The position numbers and the translations under genes were made by a program. From a bacterium (GTDB taxonomy: Bacteria > Hydrothermota > 32-111), in NCBI GenBank assembly GCA_050239825.1, contig JBFXGO010000001.1:3188-67187 (forward strand): a DNA stretch of 64,000 bases, written 5' to 3'. The stretch's first letter is position 1; every line of letters starts with the position of its first letter. Below the pieces are notes generated by a model. That model saw only the letters and a program-made list of their open reading frames with translations. It was not told the DNA's origin and did no database searches. Below, one piece after another: positions 57,393 to 64,000 of this stretch.

Positions 57393-59172
57393 TAAAAAAA
57401 TATTAGGAATATCCGCTCTATACCACGATTCTTCAGTGTGCTACATCGAGGGCAACAGAGTTGTTGCGGCTCTGCAGGAGGAGAGGTTCTCCAGAATAAA
57501 GAATGACGACAGATTTCCAATTCAATCTCTTGAAATTTTAAGAAAAAGGTACGGCATGAGAGATAATGAGTTGGATGCAGTTGTCTTCTATGACAAACCG
57601 TTTTTAAAATTCGAGAGAATATTGGAGAACCTGATATTTGCCTCTCCGAGGAATTTTGATTTTGCATTTTCAGCAATTCCCTTATGGCTCAAAGAGAAAC
57701 TTTTTCTCTCAACCGAGATAAAACGGCGCATTGCGGGAAAATACAATCTGTTCTATCTTCCGCATCATATTTCGCATGCAGCTTCGGCATTTTATCCCTC
57801 AGGATTTGATTCTGCCGCTTACATGATAAATGACGGAGTGGGTGAATGGGACACGACTTCATTCGGAGTTGCATCTAAGGAGAGGATTGAGCAATTGTAT
57901 TCGATAGAGTACCCCCATTCTTTGGGCATGTTTTATTCGGCATTCACATATCTATGCGGATTTGAGGTGAATTCCGGAGAGTACAAGTTGATGGGGCTGG
58001 CTCCCTACGGAGAACCGAAGTACTCTGAGATAATGAAAAAAGAGTTGATAGACATAAAAGAGGACGGCTCATACGCCCTTAACATGAAATATTTTGAATA
58101 TCAGTATGGAAAGAGAATGGCAGGCCGCAGGCTTGAGAATCTTTTTCACACAAGGGCAAGGAAGAAAAATGAAAGAGTGACCGATATTCACGCCGACATA
58201 GCCGCATCGGTGCAGGAAGTAACGGAGGAGATACTTGTCAAAACCGCCAAACACATTGAAAAAATAACAGGCGAGAAAAATTTGGTTATAGCAGGAGGAG
58301 TCGGATTAAACTGCGTTGCGAATTCAAAGATCAAAAGAGAAACGAAATTTCAGAATATATTTATTCAGCCCGCGTCAGGTGATGCGGGAGGGGCAATGGG
58401 AGCGGCACTTTATATAGCTTCCATGCTCGGTTCCGAGTTTGACAACCCGCAGGAATATTCATACCTTGGGACCGAGTATTCCGATTCAGAGATAGAGGAG
58501 GTTTTAAGGAGGCTTGAAGCTGTATTTGAGAGAACCGATGATGTGTGTGCCGCGGCGGCGGAAGAGATAGCCGACGGAAAGGTTGTGGGATGGTTTCAGG
58601 GGAGGATGGAGTACGGTCCGCGCGCATTGGGAAACCGCTCCATTCTCGGAGACGCGCGGAATTCGCTGATGCAGAAGGAAATGAACATGAAGATAAAGTT
58701 TCGCGAATCTTTCAGGCCTTTTGCGCCTGCAGTTGCGGAAGAGAATCATAAAGATTATTTTGAGGAAGATTTCGCCACTCCCTATATGCTGAGCGTTTCA
58801 ACATTGAGAAAAGATTTCAGGAATACAAATTCAAAAATAATCCATGATTTTTCTCTTCTGCAGAAGAGCTTCACACAGCTTCCTGCCGTAGTGCATGCCG
58901 ATTTTTCATCAAGAGTCCAGACTGTGAGCGCAAAAAGCAATCCTCTTTTCTATAAACTTATAAAAAAGTTTGAAGACATCACTGGAACTCCCATTGTGAT
59001 AAATACATCCTTCAATGTGAGCGGACAGCCTATCGTGGAGAGCCCCGAAGACGCATTTAAGACATTTATAGAGTCAGACATCGACACACTTCTAATGGGA
59101 AACTTTAAGCTTGAGAAAATTAGACAGACCCGTGCGCGCGGAGAATTCAAGATTGAGAGGCATCATGCATAA
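57382..59172 (+). CDS. Carbamoyltransferase, NodU/CmcH family.
   Basis: N-terminal ILGISALYHDSSVCYIEGNRVVAALQEERFSRIKND (YrdC/Kae1-like) and the C-terminal carbamoyltransferase domain. 596 aa. Confidence 0.85.
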   Translation: MKNDKKILGISALYHDSSVCYIEGNRVVAALQEERFSRIKNDDRFPIQSLEILRKRYGMRDNELDAVVFYDKPFLKFERILENLIFASPRNFDFAFSAIPLWLKEKLFLSTEIKRRIAGKYNLFYLPHHISHAASAFYPSGFDSAAYMINDGVGEWDTTSFGVASKERIEQLYSIEYPHSLGMFYSAFTYLCGFEVNSGEYKLMGLAPYGEPKYSEIMKKELIDIKEDGSYALNMKYFEYQYGKRMAGRRLENLFHTRARKKNERVTDIHADIAASVQEVTEEILVKTAKHIEKITGEKNLVIAGGVGLNCVANSKIKRETKFQNIFIQPASGDAGGAMGAALYIASMLGSEFDNPQEYSYLGTEYSDSEIEEVLRRLEAVFERTDDVCAAAAEEIADGKVVGWFQGRMEYGPRALGNRSILGDARNSLMQKEMNMKIKFRESFRPFAPAVAEENHKDYFEEDFATPYMLSVSTLRKDFRNTNSKIIHDFSLLQKSFTQLPAVVHADFSSRVQTVSAKSNPLFYKLIKKFEDITGTPIVINTSFNVSGQPIVESPEDAFKTFIESDIDTLLMGNFKLEKIRQTRARGEFKIERHHA

Positions 59173-59533
59173 AGACAGAAGAGAGAGCGTGGGGATTCTA
59201 ACCCTGATTTTTGCATCCTATTTAGTAATGTGGCTTAAGGGGAGAGAAAATCATGTTCTTCTTTTAATCGGCTCTGTGATACTCTTCCTTTGGATATTCT
59301 TCCCATTCACTCTTCGGCCGCTTGCGTTTTTATTCAGGAAGGCAGTCTTCATCCTCACATTTCTCTCGACAGCTCTCATTGTGGCTTTTGTTTATTATAT
59401 ACTCTTCATTCTCTTCAAACCGCTACTTTATCTTTTTGATAAGAGATTTTACAGAGAGAGGGAGAGAGGATTAACTTCTTATTATGTCAAATCGGATAAT
59501 GACTGGCAAAAAAACATAAAGGACCTATTCTAA
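59165..59533 (+). CDS. SxtJ-like small membrane protein (a carbamoyltransferase-associated family).
   Basis: ATG at 59165 overlaps the upstream stop (ATGCATAA). Three predicted TM helices. Conserved synteny between a CmcH-type carbamoyltransferase and the following DUF5989 protein. The ORF-track start at 59111 is also possible. Confidence 0.45.
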   Translation: MHKDRRESVGILTLIFASYLVMWLKGRENHVLLLIGSVILFLWIFFPFTLRPLAFLFRKAVFILTFLSTALIVAFVYYILFILFKPLLYLFDKRFYRERERGLTSYYVKSDNDWQKNIKDLF

Positions 59534-59535
59534 TT

Positions 59536-59694
59536 ATGGAAACTTTAAAACAGATTGCTTCACTCTTCAAATTTTTATTTTCTAAAAAGAAATACTGGCT
59601 TGTGCCTCTTATTGCGGCTCTGCTAATTGTTGCAGTTCTTCTCTTTGTATTTGCAGGGTCAAGCATAACGCCCTTTATATATACAATATTTTAG
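59536..59694 (+). CDS. DUF5989 / SxtK-like small membrane protein (52 aa); too short for the ORF track.
   Basis: METLKQIASLFKFLFSKKKYWLVPLIAALLIVAVLLFVFAGSSITPFIYTIF matches the family pattern (...KK.YWL.P....LL......PFIYT.F). Starts 3 nt after the upstream stop. Confidence 0.6.
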   Translation: METLKQIASLFKFLFSKKKYWLVPLIAALLIVAVLLFVFAGSSITPFIYTIF

Positions 59695-59745
59695 TTTTGT
59701 CAAATAACTTTCAATGCTTTAATTGACAATATTAAAATAAAAGTG

Positions 59746-59773
59746 TTGACAAAAGCAACACGGACTATATAAT
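59746..59773 (+). promoter_or_regulatory. Consensus sigma70-type promoter TTGACA-N16-TATAAT.
   Basis: Perfect -35 at 59746-59751 and perfect -10 at 59768-59773, about 80 nt upstream of the GAGGA RBS and the ATG at 59852. Confidence 0.5.
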
Positions 59774-59851
59774 TTTCTTAATGGAGAGTGTTGCGGAGGG
59801 TAGGACAAGAGGATTTGTATTTGAAATAAACCAAACCGGTTTAGAGGAAAT

Positions 59852-60595
59852 ATGAGCGGTAAAAGAGAGTCTCAGCACAAGCGCGAACTGCTTGTGGGAG
59901 TTATCAGAAGAAAATCTGACTATAAGCTTCTATTTGAAAGAAAATCATACAGAATTCCACTGAGACGTTTGAATCCTATCGGAGTAAAATATGTTGCATT
60001 TTATCTTCCATCAAGAATATTTTCAAATGGTGGAAGAATTGAAATGTACGGTGTTGTTGACAAGCACAGAATATTCAAAAGAAAGTATCTTCCCAATTTT
60101 TCAGTGACAGATTCAGATAGTGAAGAACTGTATATTAATTTCTATTTTAAAAAACTTGTTTTTCTTAAAAATCCTCTTCTAAACAAATCATCAATGAGAG
60201 TCTCCTTGAAAAGAACAGATTTCCGGCTTCTTAGAAAAAAGAAGACTATTGCGGAGCTTTATGATATAAAACCGCTTGAAGAGATAATGGGCGAGACACT
60301 TTTAAAATGGGGCAAGCTCTTCAGAAGAGAGTACACAATAAAAACCAAAGCGAAGAGATACAGGCTGGATTTTGCATTTTTCTGCAGGGATGGAATTTTG
60401 GGACTCGAGTGCGATTCAGATAGATGGCATTCATCAAAAAATCAAATGATAAAAGACAGGGAGAGAGATATTCTTCTGGAAAAAGCCGGAGTAAGAGTCA
60501 TACATTTTGATGAAAATCAATCATTGATGGAGCTTGACAGAGTAACTGAAATTCTTGAAAAGGAGATTGAAAAGCTCGGCGGACTCACTTCTTGA
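59852..60595 (+). CDS. DUF559 (restriction-endonuclease-like fold) domain protein.
   Basis: C-terminal ...KRYRLDFAFFCRDGILGLECDSDRWHSSKNQMIKDRERDILLEKAGVRVIHF is the DUF559 / Vsr-like endonuclease-fold signature. Confidence 0.55.
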   Translation: MSGKRESQHKRELLVGVIRRKSDYKLLFERKSYRIPLRRLNPIGVKYVAFYLPSRIFSNGGRIEMYGVVDKHRIFKRKYLPNFSVTDSDSEELYINFYFKKLVFLKNPLLNKSSMRVSLKRTDFRLLRKKKTIAELYDIKPLEEIMGETLLKWGKLFRREYTIKTKAKRYRLDFAFFCRDGILGLECDSDRWHSSKNQMIKDRERDILLEKAGVRVIHFDENQSLMELDRVTEILEKEIEKLGGLTS

Positions 60596-61598
60596 TAATA
60601 TCTTTTCTGTGAATAGGTTTAAACTTGTTTATCTTTAATAGAGCCCTTGATCCGATAATGTCAAAATACTCATTTGCCTTTATGCCGAGTTGAGGTCTGA
60701 GAAGTATTGTATTTCCATCAGAGAGTTCCTCATTCTTTTCAATGTTTTGTTTTGAAAAAAGCGACTTTCTTATGAACTGCCTCAGTTCGCTCTCCTTTGG
60801 GGTTATCCTCTTCTTCTCCTCTCCGAGCGCTGCTTCGGCCTCCCTGATATTGTCAACCATAACTCTGAATGACTGCGGATTTAGAGAAAACTTATGGTCG
60901 GGGCCGGATAGCGAGTTGTCGAGAGTAAAGTGCTTTTCAATGACAGAGGCTCCGCTCAAAAATGCCGCCACAGGAGCTATCAGCGAAGTAGTGTGGTCTG
61001 AAAATCCTGTCAGACAGCGGTATTTTAACCCCATGTATCTGATATATCTTAAATTCAAACTTTTAATGTCAGCCGGATACTCCGAAACGCAGTGCATAAG
61101 AATAACCTTCTTGCTTTCCGATGAGAGAATCTCATAAGCCCTGTCAATTTCCTCCTCGGTTGAAGCTCCGGTGGACATGAGAATCACCTTTTTTGAGAGA
61201 GAAACCTTTTTAAGAAGCTTCAGATTGTTGACCTCTCCTGAGCCTATCTTTATTGCAGGAAGGTTCAAAGTCAGAAGAAAATCCAATGACTCTTCCTCAT
61301 CGGGAGTGGACATGAATATGATGTTATTTTTAACTGCACACTCTTTCAGTTCTTCAAACTGCCCGTATGAGAGTTCACACCTCTTTATCTCATTAAAAAA
61401 TGAAATTGTCTTCTGATTCTTTATTATCAGGTTCTCTGCCTTGTATGTCTGGAACTTTATGCAGTCGGCTCCGCTCTCCTTTGCTCTCTTGATAAGCTCC
61501 TTTGCCAGCTTCATATCTCCGTTGTGGTTTATTCCCGCCTCTGCTATAATGAAGGGCGACTGCTTTGAGATGACGCGATTCTTAATCTTTATTATCAA
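60585..61598 (-). CDS. neuB: N-acetylneuraminate synthase family (NeuB/PseI/LegI-type nonulosonic acid synthase).
   Basis: N-terminal FIIAEAGINHNGDMKLAKELIKRAKESGADCIKFQTYKAENL, TIM-barrel motifs, and a C-terminal SAF/antifreeze-like domain. Confidence 0.85.
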   Translation of the reverse strand: MIIKIKNRVISKQSPFIIAEAGINHNGDMKLAKELIKRAKESGADCIKFQTYKAENLIIKNQKTISFFNEIKRCELSYGQFEELKECAVKNNIIFMSTPDEEESLDFLLTLNLPAIKIGSGEVNNLKLLKKVSLSKKVILMSTGASTEEEIDRAYEILSSESKKVILMHCVSEYPADIKSLNLRYIRYMGLKYRCLTGFSDHTTSLIAPVAAFLSGASVIEKHFTLDNSLSGPDHKFSLNPQSFRVMVDNIREAEAALGEEKKRITPKESELRQFIRKSLFSKQNIEKNEELSDGNTILLRPQLGIKANEYFDIIGSRALLKINKFKPIHRKDIIKK

Positions 61599-61872
61599 TA
61601 TACTCCTTTAAAACAAGTATAAAGAATTGTCGGATTAAGTAAAGAGGGAATATATAAAATGCTATTAAATATATTTATTTCCATTCCAAGTGATTTTCAC
61701 CCTATAAAAATCTTAATTTATACGTGAATTATCTATATGGATATGAATACTTAATTTTAAATTTGATTTTACTATTCTCACATTTTTAATACTGAGATAA
61801 TAGTTATTCAGATATAATATATTGATTATTCAGAAAAATAGAAAGAATTGAAAAAAACAAAATGGGGGAAGA

Positions 61873-62457
61873 ATGAAAACTGCAAGTGTGATGTTTCTTG
61901 TAATCTGTACTTTGCTTTGGTTGGGAATTTCCGCAGAATTTATTCAGAGAGATGTAACTTTTCAATCCAATTCGCTTACCTTGAAAGATTCTCTAGGTTA
62001 CATTTATCTTTCTCTAACCAGTTGTTCAGATATTAAGTTAACTGATGCCATTGGAAAGCCAATAGTGCCGATAAAGACAATTTCAATTTTAGTTCCGTCT
62101 GACGCAGAAAATACTGAAATAAGTTATCAAGCGATTAAGAGTGAAACTATTCATATTGAAAATATTCCATTTCCAACACAACCGCCTAAACTTACTCTTG
62201 AAACAGAAGATATTTTTATTGTTCCAGATTCATCAGTTTATTCATCAGGCGAATTGTATCCCGAGAATAATGGTAAAATGGCAAATATCAGTGAGAAAAA
62301 TGGCTGGAAAGTAGTGAAGTCGGATGTTTATCCTATCCAATACATAATGGCTGATAGTCTATTAATATTCATCGAGTCAATTAGTTATAGTGTCTCATAT
62401 TTAAGAGATGGAAGTATTACGGAGACTTGTCAAGGAAGTTGTGTAAAGATGGATTAG
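61873..62457 (+). CDS. Hypothetical secreted protein. Its C-terminal about 12 codons lie inside the 190-bp repeat.
   Basis: Signal peptide MKTASVMFLVICTLLWLGISA. No recognisable domain. Confidence 0.4.
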   Translation: MKTASVMFLVICTLLWLGISAEFIQRDVTFQSNSLTLKDSLGYIYLSLTSCSDIKLTDAIGKPIVPIKTISILVPSDAENTEISYQAIKSETIHIENIPFPTQPPKLTLETEDIFIVPDSSVYSSGELYPENNGKMANISEKNGWKVVKSDVYPIQYIMADSLLIFIESISYSVSYLRDGSITETCQGSCVKMD

Positions 62458-62613
62458 TATTCATAGGGGAGTTCTCCAAAGAGATTAACGAAGGATTGGC
62501 GGAGGTAATATAATTTAGCAATGATTTTAGGGTAACCGTTTTTCCATTTAGGTAACGGATATAAATATTAATGAAGAGGATGTCTTCGGATTGGAAGAAT
62601 CCGCCCTTTTGCT
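62422..62613 (+). repeat. 190-bp repeat, copy 2 (solo); inverted relative to 25705-25888.
   Basis: Direct alignment to the reverse complement of 25705-25888 at about 94% identity. No transposase-like ORF is attached here. Confidence 0.8.
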
Positions 62614-62770
62614 ATCGCAAAGTACGGTGTGAAATATAATCGTGACCATTACAATACTATTATGCGAACTTCTTGACAAAGTGGGCGCAGTACAATAAGA
62701 TTGAAATGATTAATAAAAAGGAGATGGTTTTGAAAAAGAAATTAGAAGGAGTATTCATACAGGAGGAATT

Positions 62771-64000
62771 GTGAAAAAAGTTATTTTCATTATCATTATT
62801 ATTGTTTCAGCATTGTTTATTTTTGCTTCAAATGAGAGAGCATTCAGAGAAGAGGATATGCTTCTTGTTAACTTTGAACAACCTGAAGATTACAATCAAC
62901 CCAATTGGGCGACAGATAGTTTGAATGTAAGGGGAGTAGGGAAATATGATACACCGGGTTATGCATTGGGTGTCTATGTTTCAGGAGATTATGCCTATGT
63001 TGGTGATTATGATTATGGTTTACAGATAATAGATATCTCAAATCCTTCAAGCCCAACCCTTAAAGGTAGCTATGTTACACCGAGTTATGCAAGGGGTGTC
63101 TATGTTTCAGGCAGTTATGCTTATGTTGCTGATGAGGATTCTGGTTTACAGATAATAGATATCTCAAATCCTTCAAGCCCAACCCTTGCAGGGAGCTATG
63201 ATACACCGGGTTATGCTTATGATGTCTATGTTTCAGGCAGTTATGCCTATGTTGCTGATGTTAATTATGGTTTACAGATAATAGATATCTCAAATCCGAA
63301 AAGCCCAACCCTTGCAGGGAGCTATGATACGGATTGTGCATTGGGAGTCTATGTATCAGGCAGTTATGCCTATGTTGCTGATGATGATTGTGGTTTACAG
63401 ATAATAGATATCTCAAATCCTTCAAGCCCAACCCTTGCAGGAAGCTATGATACACCGGGTTATGCTTATGATGTCTATGTTTCAGGCAGTTATGCCTATG
63501 TTGCTGATGGTAGTTCTGGTTTACAGATAATAGATATCTCAAATCCGAAAAGCCCAACCCTTGCAGGTAGCTATGATACATCGGGGAGGGCTTATGGTGT
63601 CTATGTTTCAGGCAGTTATGCCTATGTTGCTGATGAGGGTGATGGTTTACAGATAATAGATATCTCAAATCCTTCAAGCCCAACCCTTGCAGGAAGCTAT
63701 GATACACCGGGTCGTGCATTGGGTGTCTATATTTCAGGCGATTATGCCTATGTTGCTGATTATAGCGCATTATATATTTTAGAGTTTGTTCCCGACACTA
63801 CTTTTCCAAGCGCATTTAACCTCATCTCACCGATAGGCAATATAACAGATGACACACCCACATACCTATGGAATAAATCTTATGATGATTATTTTTCCAA
63901 TTACAAACTCTATGTAAACGACACATTGAAAGCGACGATAACAGATACGACATGGACTCAACCGGCGGGACTGACAGATGGCCAGTATGTGTGGTATGTA
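62771..64000 (+). CDS. LVIVD-repeat beta-propeller protein. 5' partial; it continues past the window end and is absent from the ORF track.
   Basis: AGGAGG RBS 4 nt before GTG 62771. Signal peptide VKKVIFIIIIIVSALFIFAS. Seven near-identical 42-aa blades GSYDTPGYAxxVYVSGSYAYVADxxxGLQIIDISNP(S/K)SPTLA. The frame is open to nt 64000. Confidence 0.75.
   Translation, partial: MKKVIFIIIIIVSALFIFASNERAFREEDMLLVNFEQPEDYNQPNWATDSLNVRGVGKYDTPGYALGVYVSGDYAYVGDYDYGLQIIDISNPSSPTLKGSYVTPSYARGVYVSGSYAYVADEDSGLQIIDISNPSSPTLAGSYDTPGYAYDVYVSGSYAYVADVNYGLQIIDISNPKSPTLAGSYDTDCALGVYVSGSYAYVADDDCGLQIIDISNPSSPTLAGSYDTPGYAYDVYVSGSYAYVADGSSGLQIIDISNPKSPTLAGSYDTSGRAYGVYVSGSYAYVADEGDGLQIIDISNPSSPTLAGSYDTPGRALGVYISGDYAYVADYSALYILEFVPDTTFPSAFNLISPIGNITDDTPTYLWNKSYDDYFSNYKLYVNDTLKATITDTTWTQPAGLTDGQYVWYV
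62942..63780 (+). repeat. Tandem repeat with a 126-bp period (one unit is 123 bp), about 7 copies at very high nucleotide identity, encoding the LVIVD blades.
   Basis: Recurrent gtctatgtttcaggcagttatgcctatgttgctgat...ggtttacagataatagatatctcaaatcc(t/g)(t/a)caagcccaacccttgcagg(a/t)agctatgatacaccgggt. It generates spurious antisense ORFs. Confidence 0.85.

Noticed and set aside
62868-63770. Minus-strand ORFs 62868..63056 and 63261..63770 (His/Gln-rich)
   Set aside because: They are antisense to the LVIVD tandem repeat. The periodic sequence keeps an accidental frame open. The plus-strand frame has the RBS, signal peptide and a recognised repeat family.
1-64000. tRNA, rRNA, tmRNA or RNase P genes
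   Set aside because: No cloverleaf-like GTTC/anticodon arrangement or rRNA-like conserved blocks were seen by eye in the intergenic regions. This cannot be fully excluded without tRNAscan or Infernal.

Overview
The window is a 64-kb stretch of a low-GC bacterial chromosome, gene-dense on both strands. Several secreted proteins end in T9SS-type C-terminal sorting domains, and LVIVD beta-propeller repeats are present, which suggests an FCB-group-like or candidate-phylum organism (inference only). The backbone has three blocks. (1) 1-21.3 kb holds T9SS cargo (an LVIVD protein, a C25/gingipain-like peptidase, a transglutaminase-like protein), nucleoside salvage genes (cdd, deoC, deoA), a glycerate kinase, ddl and ffh. 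(2) 22.5-25.7 kb holds an OmpA-family protein and a nitronate-monooxygenase/FabK-family flavoenzyme. (3) 46.9-61.6 kb is a large surface-polysaccharide locus: NeuA-like, two NDP-sugar dehydrogenases, a Wzc-like tyrosine autokinase, UXS, a Gfo/Idh/MocA oxidoreductase, a DegT aminotransferase, a CapD/PglF-like dehydratase, a NodU/CmcH carbamoyltransferase with SxtJ/SxtK-like small membrane proteins, and NeuB. Several things stand out. Two long intergenic regions (4.27-5.0 kb and 21.4-22.4 kb) carry a modular, highly structured repeat family. It has nested stems, a recurrent GGGGACA...TGTCCCC hairpin and at least one clear compensatory double substitution, so it is a candidate new ncRNA or REP/MITE-like element family. 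At 25.7-30.5 kb there is an AT-rich defence islet next to transposase remnants. It is a tight four-gene operon: an HTH-fused amino-methyltransferase, a small putative restriction endonuclease, an uncharacterised protein with an Rx4H (HEPN-like) motif, and a second small methyltransferase. A 190-bp inverted repeat pair (25.7 kb and 62.4 kb) brackets about 36.5 kb. An ABC transporter operon is decayed by multiple homopolymer frameshifts and an in-frame stop. There is a 1422-aa coiled-coil protein next to xerC/D. The 3' partial LVIVD gene is built from near-identical 126-bp tandem repeats. No rRNA, tRNA or CRISPR array was recognised by eye.
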